Positions 1-15,247 of a stretch of 64,000 nt of DNA are shown here, one piece after another. Made by a program: the position numbers and the translations under genes. Each line of letters begins with the position of its first letter. Position 1 is the first letter of the stretch. The DNA is from Tubiluchus corallicola (taxonomy: Eukaryota; Animalia; Priapulida): positions 248,001-312,000 of the forward strand of contig JAQGDQ010000228.1 in NCBI GenBank assembly GCA_030141605.1, read 5' to 3'. A model generated the notes under the pieces. It was not told the DNA's origin and made no database searches. It saw nothing but the letters and a program-made list of their open reading frames with translations.

Positions 1-3000
1 CATGAAAAATAGTTATATAGTACAAGTGTGCATAACAGTTCAACAATACAACAGTACAAGTGTTGAACAAAAGATACCAGAAAAAAGGCAGAAACACTGA
101 ACGTAGTCTAAGGCCTAGACAGAGTAATTTAGATTTTTAATCTGTAAAATCACTTTATTGAAATTGAAACTTTGACAGTGAAATTCAGCAAAGCACGTTA
201 GAAAAGTCACATTGCAAAATTTTATTTAAAGGAAGGAACAAATCACTTGGCATTTTCTTATTATTTTACTGCTATCACTTAAATTTAGAAAAATATAACA
301 AAGAAATTTGCAAAAACTGCTTATAAAACATATAATTAATTTATACTACCGTTGTATAGACATTTTCACGCACGGTGGTAGCGTCACTTGGAAATTATGG
401 AGCAACTGGTAGATTTCGCAAGTGCATCGTGGCCCTTTCCGTAAGCTATGCGCACACTGCTTAATTCAAACTTCTGTAGCTTACTTAATGTTCGGCTCAA
501 AATTAACAATCTAATTTTTTGTAAAAATTCATACTTTCATCGGAAATTGACACTGCGCCATTTTTCTTCAGTCGACGAGTGACGTCATTGTGGAAGAATG
601 GACATTCAAAACGGGAGCGCCCAAATGTGAAATGATCGCGATTTTAAAGTGATTTTACTACTACACGAGGCGCTTATCACACTTGCTAAATATTATTACT
701 TACTTATCACACTTATTGCTAAATCCCTCTAGCACTTTTCGCGCACATTGAAATAAGTCCAACTTCCCTTGGCCTTCCCTTTAAATAAGCCTTTTATCGG
801 TATTGCGATTGATACTATTTAAGCATGCGGTAAGACTGCGAAAAAACAAAAAGCATTAACTTATTGAAAACCCAATAAAACCAAAAATATGGTGTAGCTA
901 ATTTTTGCAAATCAGTAGACAGGTAGCCTTACTGACGACAGTCATTGCTTTGCCGTGTTTTTCTTTCAAATCCTTCGTCTGCCGTGTTCTATCTAATATC
1001 TCGTGTGAATCAATATTTCAGATAAGAAAAAGGACGGAAAGTTCGCCAACAGCTACGCATAACCTTGATGTACCCTTGATGTACCCGTATTACCTGTGCA
1101 TCGACTGTGAGTGCATCGTTCTATTATAGACTGACAGAGCGGACGCGATCACAATCGAAAGGGATGGTTGGGTTTCTAATGGCATTGCAGTTGCACTCTT
1201 TCACCTACGCATGCGGTAGCCAGTAGGTTTATGCATTAATTTTGTTGGTGCATAAAATACTGAGCAGGTTCATCGCTTACGTCCCAGTTTAGTAGACATA
1301 GTTTTTGAAGTTTTAATTAATTCCATTAATTCTATTTCAATTCTATTTAAATAAATAATTTCGAAATTGCATGCTTTTTATTTACATAAAAACACTGAAA
1401 CTGAAGCACATTTTTGTACTGTACATACATTGACTTTTAGTTAGAGATGGTGACCCGGAGGGGTAGACAAATGACGCCCGACATCGTAACAGACTAGATA
1501 TTAATGTGACTGTAATCTTAATTCATTCACGTAAGCTTTTTCTTCAACGTAATAATTTAGCGAAACGTTAAAGGACATTAAAAAATAATATGTCCGCGCA
1601 AAAGTGACTTTCGTAATGCAGAGAACTGAAGTCTGTCAGTCGCCAACATATTGAACGTTTATGTATAAGACTTCCGGTTCCTCAAACAAAGAAATCCGTG
1701 GCGTTCATAGAAACTTCATGCTTCTTAATGTAAGAGACGCCCAAGTCTGACACTGTTGGTCAGCAAGCTTTATTTGCCCAGGCAATGTGTGAAATCGAAT
1801 CGTCTGCTATTTTTAATTTATAAAGACTATAACAAAGTCTTAAAAGTTTTTTTTCACGTCTTCTGAGACAGGAGGATTGTTATACAAAATAATATAATGT
1901 ATCACTCGCACGCCAAAGTTCAGATTTAAATAATGTCATAAATAATTTATAGACGATATTTTCGTAATTAAAAATGTACGACATTGAATAGCACAGAGTT
2001 AGAGTAGACATAAAGATGTTGATTTTCTCACACATACGATTATGACTGATAGTTTGAATTTTTTAAAAAAAATGTAGTTCATACAAAATGCAATAAAATT
2101 GTGTTTGTTCACATAACGTTATATAATTGAATTAATCTCAGCTGAAAATCAGATCAATTTCATTTATTGATATTGGACAACTACGCAATAGATAATAAAA
2201 GCCATCACATCGTAAATGTTTACAGGCTTTATATATTGGCATCCTAAGCGAGTTATTGATTTTGGTCTCTGATGAACTTTTCTCAACTGCTGACACGTCT
2301 TCAATGTGAAGTACATTTTTCAGCTATTAAACTATATCTATATCGATATCTATTTTTATATTTATTCAATCTTGGCTAGTAAGAAAATTTAAAATGGTGT
2401 GTTCAATTTAGCCTGTTTTGACAATGATAAAAGTGAGAATTTTAAAATGTAACCGGTAACCGGTAACCGGGCACTCACTTTGTCAATCATTCACGTTACC
2501 TGCTGCTAGCTGGCTAGGCCTTCAATAAATTCACTAGTATATCACCAAATAGGCCTTACTTGACTGTCCGTCGAAGTTATTCGTGAAAATTGTGAACAGT
2601 TTTAACACAGAATTATCTAAATCTTTCGGTGATGGCGGGATTAACATACAATTATAATTTAAAATTTTGAAATAATTAAATCAGCCTGAAAGAATGGACC
2701 TGTTGAAAGAATCTGATTTGACGTAACAAAATGTTCTGAATATTAATGTTAAACGTGGCGGTCATTTTCTAAATAGTTCCGACAATCAGACAGCGATATG
2801 ACAGATTAAGCAGGGCTCGATTTTATTTGGGCAAATTTAGGCTATATAGCAGATTTTATTGAGATAATTAATACTTTGTTCAATACTCACTGTTTAAAAC
2901 ACAAAATATAAATAGTTAAAGTATTGTCAAGCAATAAATTAGAATCGAGCTGTTTTATCAATACACTTGCCACCTAAGCGCATTACACCTGGATGTAAAA

Positions 3001-5175
3001 ATAAAGAGTAACGCAACCTATTAATTTTTAATAATACTTAAAAATTATAAACAAAAATAAAACTAATAATACTAAGAAATGTTATTTGAAATTGAACTTT
3101 AACTCTTTCCGTGCAGAGCCAACAAACAGGATTTTTATATGGCTATATCGGCGTTACTCAGGTCAATGGCACTACGTCGATTACAGTCTGTAGCAAGATA
3201 ATCAGACATTCACTTACCCGGCTATGCTCCTGCGCTTCAGACGACATTAAGTTAATCAATACTTAACAAAATAAAAAATCATTACACTAAAATTATATCC
3301 CGGTCAAGAAGATAAATCCGGCCTAGTAGTTCCGTTTTCGATCCCCATGACGCGCATAAATTATCGCACGAATACGAAAAAATAACACTAATTATCCGTA
3401 CACTTGTTACACTTCTAATTACCACCGTCGCACACGCATTTCTTGCTGGATTAAATTTTGTGAGACTAAACCTTTACAGGACACGATGCATTCACTAAAC
3501 ATTGAATAAAAACGGCAAGAGCTACACATAAAAAGTCACACAGCAAACTATAAAAATTACCAGGATTTGTATGGTCGGGCGCAGCGCAGCCTGTTATAGT
3601 GCGTGCACATGTTGCAGCCATGACGTAACTACATTTTCATTGTGGTTGCGATGCGCATCCTACCCGCCACCCCCAGACTGGTTTGATATCAAAATTTTAT
3701 AGTCTGATATCAACCATAAAAACTCGCCGTTGCATGGGCTGGATAAAAATTGCGCGCCGGCTGTTGAGCAAGTAAAAAAACAAGACTTGTATTTGCCTAT
3801 TGATCATACATGTAGCTCGCCTGCAATGTGTGGATAGAAAAAGATTAACGTCTGTCAAGATCGCTAAAATTTAATACGCTTTGAAAAGTGCATTGGCGCG
3901 GTTGCTCGGCGGGTTTTGGCGTTAGGATATTTTAGAATACAGTTAGTGAGAGCATAAAAATTACTTTGATAGAAAAATAAATCTTCAACGGCTGTTGCAA
4001 CAAACCGAATTGAAGTCTTAGTGTTAAATTCGTTTTAAAACTGATTCGACGAAAAATTTAAATTAAAAAAATGAAATCGAAAAATGATAGCCCCGGTTAT
4101 ACTTAGCTAAATTAAGAGACCAGCGCTCTAATTAAAATTGTTAATAACAGTGGAGTCATTGGAGTATTGGCATAAATTATTATAAACAGGATACCCACGC
4201 GATCTTTTCATTTGTGAATGTTACTTCGTACTAAATTGGAACTACGGATCTTGGTACGGAACTATTGATCTATATAAGTCCAATTTTTTAATTTTAATAA
4301 GGTTTAGTTCTTTGTGGTTGTTCAATGGACAAATGAAATTTCTATTAAAATAGACATACAAGTGGCCGTCAGGATTGCGCATGGGGTTATGTATCAACGC
4401 TTCAACACTGTATATTATCACGGTAGTATCAAGTATAGGCTTAATAAAGTGAAGTGACCTGAAATGCACTTACCAAAACGTTTATTGCGTAAAAACTTTT
4501 ATAACATGTATATACCCGAAGGTCAAAAGAAAAATGTGCCTTACAAAAACGTGATGTAATCGTTATGAATAAAATGACGGTTGTATTTGAACGTTAAGCG
4601 ATTACTAGTAGAACAGCATGTTTAAAACTGATTTAATTTAATTAGCTGAAACTCTTACAAGAAAACTAACGACACAGAAGCTTAATTACATAAATCATTT
4701 ATCTTTCATCGATGTTATTAAAATTTGTTTGAAGCTACGATCCTATTCTGTTAGGAAAGTCTTGCTTGGAAAAAGTTAACAGTGCCATAATATAGGCCCA
4801 TAAGTCTTTTATAAGTGATCCTGAAAGCTCTATAAGTAAGTTAGAAAAACAATACAAAACAGCGTTTCAGTAAATAATTTTAATTCAGTAAATAATAATA
4901 AAAACACTTTGTTCGATTGAAGCTTGCTTGATTTCATATCTAAAATAACAAAGCTCGTACAAAATCATTTTGCTGGAATGATAGTGGCATTATCTATATT
5001 GTCAAATATAACGTTTCCGAAGTGTTTTTTCGATTATATTGTTTTGATGCAGCATGCAATTAAAGGCAAAATTGTCAGATGTACAGCACCTCTTAAAGAT
5101 ATACAATTTTTTGTTTTTTTAGATTAATGATATGTCATGCCAATACAATATTTTTAAAAAATTCTGCAGAACACT

Positions 5176-5764
<589 letters not shown>

Positions 5765-7400
5765 AAACATCAAGGAAATAGGTGTGCAGCTATGGTGTCT
5801 TGGTTGGTGTATGGTATTAGATCTCTCATAATGCTATTTGAACTATTGCCCAAGGTGGGACAAGATATCCAACCATCTGAGGCTAAGACGCCTCTGCCGG
5901 TTGACTGGTTCATTTTGCTAATGAGTTAGATTCCGGTCCGGCAACAACCTTTTATTATTAGAGGTGGATCCTATGCTGATTTCTAAAAATGTATACAGTA
6001 ATACAAGTTAACACAAGTTAAATGTAATACAAGTTAAATATATTCAAGCTCAACCTAAAACAATATTTCCCCGTTGCACGCTCTCCATGCTGTATTAGTA
6101 GAAACCATTGATTTTCCCTTTTAAAAAGTGTGGCAAATGTAGAAAAATAAAACAAAAATTAGCTGTAAGAGAAATAATACAAGAATAAAGGCTTTTTGTA
6201 AAGCATTAAGTCAAAATAGCACCCATTTTTTTATTTACGCTAATTCTATTGGACGTAAAGATTTAATTTGCGACTTAGGTCTGCATTTTAATACCTAATT
6301 TTTACATACACGGTTTAAGTATATAAATATAACTCCATCGAGTTTTTAACAGGAGCGTCTGATAAAGTGTTCTGGTAATTGCCATTAAGGAACTTAAAAC
6401 TTAAATGTATTAATAAATTAGGCATTTATAGGCGAAACAATTTTTTTCATAAACTGACAATATTCGCAACATCACTGATATAAAAAGAGAAATGCGCAAA
6501 CATGTTTGTAAAAGAAGAAGCCTGTTATTCTTTGTTTTCTAAACAAACTTATGCTCAATAGATGGCAGCAGGTGCCACTTCGCTGAATGAAATTTCAAGA
6601 GCAGGAGCAGGCAAGATCATTATAATTTTGTAATAATTATTATATTCTCACATTACGACATAAGCTTCTAACCAAGCCAAGGATTTGGCCAGACAGTAAA
6701 TGGACACGGACACTGTCATGGCGGTATGAATGCACTGACCGCCTCCAGTTTCTTACCCTATTTTTGAACCCAAACTTTTCAAGTAAGTCAGTTAACTTAA
6801 AACGGTGCAAATAAAATTTAGAGACCAATAACGATTATCACCTCCACCTGGGATAGACGTACCTCCGCCCCTCCTTCGCACGTGACGCAATTTTAATGCG
6901 CCCTGCCCCAGATACAAAAGATTGGTGGTATTTCTTTGTACATCTCTAACTACCGATTATGGGATTATTTTACGGACCGCAACCATCTATAGCCATATTT
7001 CCCCCATAATTTATGCGTTACCGCAAATGTATAGTATTAATAGGCTTCAGGCATCACAGCCAGACGCGGTAGAACTGCTTCTGCACTAGTTTCACATGAA
7101 TTCTTAGTTATCATCTGTTCTTCATAACTTCATCCAAACTTCATAATAGTAGCTTTTTTTGCAGTAGCCTCACTTTCTCCAGCACCTACGTGTAAAAGCT
7201 GTAATAATAATCAGTTGTGCTCTTCGTCAGAAACTCAATGCATTTGTCTAGCAGCACCCATACTCTTTACAAACAGCGTTTTTCAAGTTCAAGGTAGTAA
7301 AGGCTAAAAGCCTTCAAACCAGTTCAAGCAATCAACGAAAACTTATGAAAGCGTGACTAATTTCTAAGTAATAACCTGCAACACGTCTGTATTATGTATA

Positions 7401-8153
7401 CAGAGTGTTTCAAAAGTTAGTATACACTTTGATTTCTGGTTTTCTTTTTCGCTTTTCTTTCAATCTAGACATAATTTGGCCTGAATCTAAGGTGGCCTTT
7501 GGCAATTCTTTTCATTTAAGTTTAGACTGAAATCCCGTTGCTATGTGCAAGGGCACCAATACTAGAAGTGAGGTGCAAAATCTCAGCCCTTAAATCATCA
7601 AATGAAATTAAGTGGAAATTCAGGACATCTTTCTCACTATTAACAATGTATCAACAAGGCGAAGCCTTACTTACTGCTCACAAGCTCTGAAAGACTCTTT
7701 GGATTGAACCCTGATTAGGTTATTTCGACTGGAAGTTTGCGATTTGACACATTTGTCACGTGTGCAATTTTCTTTATAATATGTCAGGAGAAAATTTATG
7801 CAAAAAGACCAAGACACTTTCATGAATTTGTAATAATAATTAGAGGTTGCTGTGCGGACATTTAACTTGAAGTGCTTTCTTATATTGGATGTAGATTGAA
7901 TTAGCAGAAGTGCTTGGAAGAAGGTGGCAAAAATAACGAAGCCAACCTTGTTATAACATTGTATTATAATAATACGGTAGTTCTTTTCAGATTTTCCCAA
8001 AAGGTGAGTAAACGTGATCAAAAAAATTGCCCGAGTCTTTTATTTCATTTGCGCGATTGTTTGAACGTTTTGCATTGTTTGTTAAAAATATAAAAAAATA
8101 AAGAAATATAAAGTGTATATTGACTTATGACTATATTGTTATGAGACACCCTG
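7401..8153. mobile_element. Possible old Tc1/mariner-type non-autonomous element
   Basis: TA|CAGAGTGTTTCAAAA at the left and TTATGAGACACCCTG|TA at the right: imperfect inverted ends of the CAGGGTG type flanked by TA. No transposase recognised. Confidence 0.4.
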
Positions 8154-9230
8154 TATTTCTAATAGATTGGTGGAACGCATATTTTGCTCTTAGTATGGAC
8201 TTCCCATATGAGAAATTTGTTTTCGTTGGTTACTTGCCAATGGAGAATCGACTAGGTATATTGCGCCCCCTGACTGACTTTTCGTGTGAGTGTTGCAGTC
8301 GACTGCCATCTATCTGCGGTTGAAAATAATAGCTTGCCGTTAGTAGCTGTGTAGCTATTAAGGGGCAGGACTCCACCATAATTAAATATTAGCCCAATTT
8401 ACCTGCAAAATAAATACCGGGAGAAAATTTAATTTTTTTCTCATTTCACATCCCCAGTTTTTATACAAAAGGCTTCAGAAAAATCCCGGAAATGTCTACT
8501 TCGCTTGGCGAAATTTGTTTGTTTTTTGCCAGCACAAAAGGCGGCCGACAAAACTTGGATAGTAAATGTTTTGTTTATTTAAATTCAGCTGGACATCGAG
8601 GCAATCCCATTACCTAACACGACAAGTAGTTTCTGTGAAGGAAAGTGCACCTAGTGCATGCTAAAAACAAAGCATGCAATGGAATAGATACCATGAGTAA
8701 TTGACGTAATTTTTTAACTGACGTAATTTATTGTCCACTTCAGCATAATTACATTATCACATTGTAACTGTTATACATCTGATTAATTGTAATTACAATA
8801 ATTGTAAAAGAAAAAGAACATCTTACAAGTCGGAATTGTCCACAATTTTTTGGCTCGGCTTATCGCCGTCTTTAATTTCATATTTAAAATCACAAAAATA
8901 GTGGAGCAAAAACAAATCAAAGCAGAAAATATGTTCACTACACATATTTGCTTGTTTCTGAACGCCAGTTAGAGTTTTCCCCAATGTCCCATCGATACTT
9001 GCACAGTAGAAATGGCCGCAATGGCTGTGTCATACAAGCTTGCATTCAGCTTCCTACATATGAATATCCAGTCGCTTTCTTTACCCGCATATACGTGCAT
9101 TTACTCGTATGTACGAAACTTTTAATTCGTTAGTATCTAACACCAGCAATTTCATAAACCTGGACACAAACTATGAACCTTAATTATCACAGAAAGAGCG
9201 GTATCCAACATCATACGACCCAACAATAGG

Positions 9231-11684
9231 TTTATTGAAAATTTTTTGTTTCTTTTAATGTGTTTATTGTATTTATGTTGATGTGAAACATACAATTTTG
9301 AAATAAAAAATCTTAAAAACAAAACAAAGTTAAATTCATTTTTTTTCATTTTGGCGGATAGCCATCTATTTGTAAAAACATAATTTTACACAGACCTATA
9401 AAATGAAGCATAAATTGCGAAATGTGAAAATACAAATGCCGTGTTTTATTCTAAACAACTAAAAACATAATTTACACAGGCCAAATACACGACAGAATAG
9501 GGCTAGACAAAGTAGAAGTAACTCTAGACTAATTCTGCACAGCAAATATGTTATGCACGTCAGTAAGACTTCACTCGTTTGCTGCTTCTATAAGAAATAA
9601 ACTTCAATACAAATACAAATCTGTGTATATACACGTAGGTAAGAAGGTACAAATGTAATGGCACAGCAATACATTGATGATAAAGATAAATGAACAGAAC
9701 TTTGGGTTGTTGATGCTTTTGGGATTTTATATGTACATGAAAGTGGAAAAATTCATATGCAATTTTGAAAGTTTTTATCTGGGTGCTCTTACCTAGACAT
9801 AAAAAAGTTCAGTCTTCAAAGAAAGCATTACCAATGAACTGCTTTGCAGGTCTTATTCCAAGAAATTCCCAACGAATTTAGGCTAATTTAAAAAGGCACT
9901 GCTCTGCACTGTGTCACTTTGTAGTAAATAAACAACCAGCCTTACACTGGATTCCTAATCAGCAAAGACTGGCTTTTTATTCCATTAACTTCAGCTTTTA
10001 AACAGAACAGAAATAATTCCAGAACTAGAATTACTGATAAAGAAAATAATTATTACTAACATATTTCTGCATTCCACATTCATTATACACAGATGCTTAT
10101 ATACATGCGTTTATATAGTTTGTACGTAAAAATTTAGAGTCCCTAGGACAACAAATGAAAGCACAACTGTTTAAAGAGGAAACCTGTTTCTTTTTTATGT
10201 ATAATCTCCTCTGAGTAGATCACATAAACTGTGAGCTGTTAAGCAATATATAACATTGCAATGTTATAAAACCACACTTCGTATTGTTAAAGTGAGATAC
10301 ATATAGTTAATATAAAAGTCACACTACAATTATGTTATTTCTAAAACTTTGTAACAACCCAATAATATAGTAAAAATGACTATACAATATTTAACATTCG
10401 GTCAAACGGTTTGCTGTGCATGTCAGGCAGCTTAAGTTCCTACACGAGATTCTTCAAAATTTGAAAGGCCACAAGTTTGCAAAAGTAAAAGCATTTGAAA
10501 AGCTAAGTGCAACATAGTTTGAGTATTCATAACAATGAAGTATTCTTTGGTACGGTACATAAGCTACTACTTCATCTGGGCAGACATTTACACAAAATCC
10601 AATAAAACAGCATACAGTTGTGACATGAAATTCCTACAGGTTATGCAACATCTAGTATTCTGATGACTAAATACATGAAAGAGCCAGCCTCTAGGAATCA
10701 ACATGGTGTCCGTTAAGCACAGACGATCGTTTCGACAGCAAATCACATTATCAATGCTAAAAATCAAGCCAAAACAAATAATTAATACATTTGTGACATT
10801 ACAACCAAGGCATGAAATATCATTACAAAATGAAAAGTGTGAAATTTAAATTGTCAGAATGCAAGTGGAAATAACTAGAGGTTCATAAAAAATGTAAGAA
10901 AATTGTGACTCAGGCAAAGCTCACAACTCAGATTACTTTGCTTGTTCTAGATTAGTTGTTCGCTGTATTATGACAGTTGGCGTCGAAATGATCATCTGTG
11001 CTTAATAAGCAACATGCTAATTCTGCTGAATATTAAGAAAAATGTGTGCTGAGTTCGAAATGTGAAGGTACACTTAACTTATCCCAAGTGTTACCATGTA
11101 AGGCACTTAAAAACTTCACCAATGCCGCATGCTTCTGTATACACCTGTACAATTTTATTATAGCAAACTTATGCCATATCTTATAAACACTAAACATATA
11201 ACACCCCAAAACTTCATCTGATACAATAATGCATAATATAGGCAAAAGTAATATTATTAGTTTACACTTATGAAAAGTGACTTTACGAACTTAAAATAAA
11301 GACTCCTTTGGAAATTTTTCAAACACTAGAAAAATCTTCATGTTCTTCACAATAAGAAACTGCTCTTTTGCAAAAAAATTTAGGCTACAGTCAGAGCTGA
11401 ACCATGAACTTTTATATCGGAATTAGTATTTAGTGTTTTGTAGTTGTTCAATTTCATTGTTGTTTTTCCTATTTATACTTATGGAAAATGAAAATAATCA
11501 AGAATTTTTGTATAAAAATTATACTGTAAATTCCCGCTGTTCTTTTAGACATTACTTTTGTATCTGATAAAGTTTTAATTTTTACATCTTTGTAATTACT
11601 TTTGTAACAACCAGTACTTAAAATAATTTTGACCTAAAATGATATTCTTCTATTTTCAGTCCTCACTTCTTTTAACTATGTTAG
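9231..11684 (-). other. Probable long 3' UTR of the rotund-like gene (end uncertain)
   Basis: Follows the stop codon. Minus-strand AATAAA at 11154-59, 9976-81, 9445-50, 9263-68 and 9231-36. No obvious transposon remnants in this stretch. Confidence 0.35.
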
Positions 11685-12755
11685 TCATTGAGACTTTTCT
11701 TTGACTCCTGACCCATGCTCCATAATATTAGGCATGCAAGCATAATTTCTAATCTGATGCAAAGATATCAGTTGATTAGGGAACATGCTTGCTTGATGTT
11801 TTGTGTCCATTTGCGGGTAATTCATTGACGGAGCTTTTGGGTAAGATATTGGATCGTAAGACAAATATGGGCGCGACGTTGATGAAATACTGGGAATTAA
11901 TGACGAACTTGGACCAAGAGTTCCAGTCGAAGTTGATGTCATTTGTGACTGTGCTATAGGCGTAAATGCAGATGATGTTTTCCCAGATGATGAGTCATAT
12001 AAATTTTCATGCAATGATTGATGCCTAAGGTCTTCGCGATGTAATGATTGCGGTATCCGCACATCTTCTTCATTAGGTGATAGGTGCATCAGTGAATGTG
12101 ATATCGGCATCGGCATTATCGGACCACATGTATTTTCCAAATGTTCTTGCTGAGGATCACCGCCAACACTTTTCGTTGTCACTGGAGCACCCCAGCTTGT
12201 ATACTGATCTGGTTCCTCTTTAATTGCGATGCCTGTTGCACCTGCTGATAAACGCTTGTTTCGCTCATTGGCATGTTTCTGCATGTGACGAGCAAGATAT
12301 GTTTCCTGCGTATAACTCTTGCCACAGTATTGACAAATATGCGTCTTCAGGTGTTTGGATTCCTTGTGTTTTGGAATGTGATCTAGCAGTTCTTGTTCAG
12401 TACAATAGCACTTATAGCAGCTGTTACATTTGTAAGGTTTATCAGTTTGGTGACATCGTGAGTGTGACTGTAGATTACTCAGTTGAGTGAATGCTTTTGT
12501 GCAGCCCTGGTGCCGACACTTATATGGTTTATCTCCTGTATGAGTTCTCATGTGCTGCTGCAGGTGACTCAACTGTGTAAAACGACGCTGACATACCTCA
12601 CATTTGTAAGGTTTAATACCAGCATGGATACGAGCATGTTGTGATAAATAAGATGAGTTCGCAAACGATTTATGGCACTGTGGGCACCGATATGGCTTAG
12701 CTTCCCGCTGGTGGATTTGCACATGGAGTTGCAAGTCTGCTTTTGAATTAAAAGC
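11685..12755 (-). CDS. rn: Rotund/Squeeze/LIN-29 family C2H2 zinc-finger transcription factor, last coding exon
   Basis: Acceptor ttctttgcag|GCT, phase 0. Encodes the second half of finger 1 and fingers 2-6 (..FTQLSHLQQHMRTHTGDKPYKC..QLSNLQSHSRCHQTDKPYKCNSCYKC..HIPKHKESKHLKTHICQYCGKSYTQETYL), recognised as the Rotund/LIN-29 array. Also carries the C-terminal FPNQLISLHQIRNYA motif. Confidence 0.95.
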   Translation of the reverse strand, partial: AFNSKADLQLHVQIHQREAKPYRCPQCHKSFANSSYLSQHARIHAGIKPYKCEVCQRRFTQLSHLQQHMRTHTGDKPYKCRHQGCTKAFTQLSNLQSHSRCHQTDKPYKCNSCYKCYCTEQELLDHIPKHKESKHLKTHICQYCGKSYTQETYLARHMQKHANERNKRLSAGATGIAIKEEPDQYTSWGAPVTTKSVGGDPQQEHLENTCGPIMPMPISHSLMHLSPNEEDVRIPQSLHREDLRHQSLHENLYDSSSGKTSSAFTPIAQSQMTSTSTGTLGPSSSLIPSISSTSRPYLSYDPISYPKAPSMNYPQMDTKHQASMFPNQLISLHQIRNYACMPNIMEHGSGVKEKSQ

Positions 12756-14186
12756 CTGCAAAGAAAAGAATAATTATGTGCCACTAATATGAATATTTGC
12801 CGAGTATAAATGTCTGATTACTTGTAAATGGGTTATATTTAATGATTTTAGGCCAATTTTCTATTTTGAGGGTGTTTAAATTTCTCTTTAACACCACAAG
12901 AAATGACTGCAACTTTTAAGTGCTTAAGGGTAATGAAAGTGCATGTAGGTTCGCTAATGTTCATGACATATTTCTAGGTAAGTTATAACATTTTTCTAAG
13001 AGGTACAGAAATAATGAATAATAGTACAGAACAATTTATTACAAGAAAAAACAATAGAGAAACTATCATTGTCTCAAAGTTTAGAGTGAAAGCCCTGCAC
13101 ATTTTGTACATCCTGCAATATTATGTGGTACGCTTGCAACAATGACCCGAAAACTGTGTGATTCATTTTTTAATTGACCTGCATGGTCTGGAAACTCATC
13201 AGACCTCAACCACACTGAACACAATGGAGCTACCCTGAAAGACACAGTTGACACTAAAAAGACAAAAAAACAGGCCACTGATCAGCCTTCAACATATTAA
13301 CTTGTAAGATATCTGAATGAGGCATTGTAGGATATTGAGTTCAATGTGTCACTGCTCCAATCATACTCCTGAAGATTGCAGGCTATGCAAGATGTACAAG
13401 GCTTTCACATCAACCTTTGGATAGGGCATATTAGATTCGCTACTGTTTGAACCATACTTTGATATAGTAGTTTGTAATGTGTTTTTAGTGTCTCCTTTCT
13501 TCAAATCATAAACAAGTCGCAATGGTGTGTAATTACATTTAACTCCAGACAATTACATTCACCGTCTAATTAATGATAAATCATTCTATACTATTACTCA
13601 TTGTTTTTGTATACCCAGTAAAAGGTCATGTACTTACTTAAGTACATGATACTTAGGTGATATAAATGTTATGTAGTTGTAGTTTGTTATTTACAGTCGA
13701 GATAACAGCTCTTTGAACTAATGTTAATTGTTCTCCCAAAAGATGACTATAAATAAAGATTATTATTATTTTTATTTTTTTATTAATGCTAAAATTGCCA
13801 GTCTTGTGTCACATTCTACTAGAATGATTAACTTTCTGTTAGAGTTTCAAAAAAGATTTAGATGCATTTTTCTTTTGATTTCTCCTTTTATAAACTTCAA
13901 GAGATTTGACCTTTTGTAAGGTTTCTGGCATCTGCAAAGATGCTACATGTCGAGCAATTAGATGTTCAAACAGAATTAATGTTCAGCAAAAGTCACGTAT
14001 AACTCAGGTGCCCTGAGGTACTGCAATTAAGAAATCTTAGTAGACAGTGTGCTTTACCGCACTTGGCAAGCACAATGTGTGGGTTACTGTTTTCACATTG
14101 AAATATTTTAATTTATTTATTCCTATACTAGCTTAGTTCGCTACAAATTCTCATACAAACTAAAAATTAGCTGGAAGCATACTTAC

Positions 14187-14416
14187 ATGTGGACACATTT
14201 TACAATTATATTTGCGTCCAGTTTGAGCATTGAGCTGCATATTAGGAAGCACAGAAGCGTGTCCTGTCTTTGCCATGGCACTGATTGGTTGAGGTACGAC
14301 TAACATTGCACCTGATGCACTGTGCATAGGACTACCACCAGGGGAGCTCGTGATGTGATTGTGATGGTGGTGATGATGATGGGTGTATATAGGTCCATCT
14401 AACTTGTGTTCAGATG
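14187..14416 (-). CDS. rn: rotund-like gene, coding exon 3 (His tract; first half of zinc finger 1)
   Basis: Acceptor atttttatag| (phase 1) and donor CAT|gtaagt (phase 0). Encodes HHHHHHHNH..MLVVPQPI..GRKYNCKMCPH, which joins AFNSKADLQLHVQIH to complete a C2H2 finger. Confidence 0.92.
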
Positions 14417-14820
14417 CTATAAAAATTAAAAATTCTGAATTAATTCCGAACATTGATTAGTGGATAGCTAGTGAACTCAATGAACTTTAATGTTGCCACA
14501 CAGATTTGATGTTGTTACGAGAATTGTCACCAGTCAAGTGACACAAAATCAGTGGTTCTATAAGAACCTCACTGAAGAGTTGAACCTAAGGCCTTGTTTC
14601 GAAGTTTCAAATAAATAAACAATTTTGCAGCAAGAATGACAGCACTGCCATTATAAAGTTCTTGGCACCTTATATGAATATGCAGATAATATGCACTGTA
14701 TGCTGGATTTCGCAAGTTTTCTAACGTGTCTATTAAAATAAATTGCATAAAGAAGTTTTTATTCTGGTCAGAAACACTGGGTGATGCTCTATGAAATCTA
14801 ACATGACCGTGTATGTATAA

Positions 14821-15247
14821 CAGGGGTGTTTCGACACGTCACGAAGCCCTAAACTGAAGGTTCTGTGGCGCCCATCTCTATTGTGAATTAATGGTTGATT
14901 ATGAAATAATTAAGCAGATTAAACAATTACCTGTGGTGTATTAAAAACACTATTAACCAAGTTTCTACGTGGTCATTATTAAATACATGTATTTGCATAG
15001 CGCTTATATTCAAATAGGCTGTGCAACTGCTTGTTGTGTAATACCTTGTACCTGTTTGTTATGTAACAGTTATATAAAAGCTGCGGCTAGTAACTGCCTG
15101 TAGTGTGTTATAACATGCGCCCTTCACATGAATATAAAAATATACACAGTTTCCCAAGAGAATAAGATTTTTTTCTAAAATGTGATGCCCTCAAACTTTG
15201 GCGCCCTAGCCTATAGCCTAATTAGCCTATTGGTTAATACGCCCCTG
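14821..15247. mobile_element. hAT-like MITE in an rn intron
   Basis: Ends CAGGGGTGT / ACGCCCCTG. The 8-bp flanks ATGTATAA and ATGTATAC match at 7/8, as expected for a hAT-type target-site duplication. Confidence 0.7.

Noticed and set aside
13081-13552. ORFs and an acceptor-like site within the last rn intron
   Set aside because: The flanking exons already join in frame to complete finger 1. The candidate phase-0 exon near 13239 hits a stop after 11 codons and nothing is recognisable.
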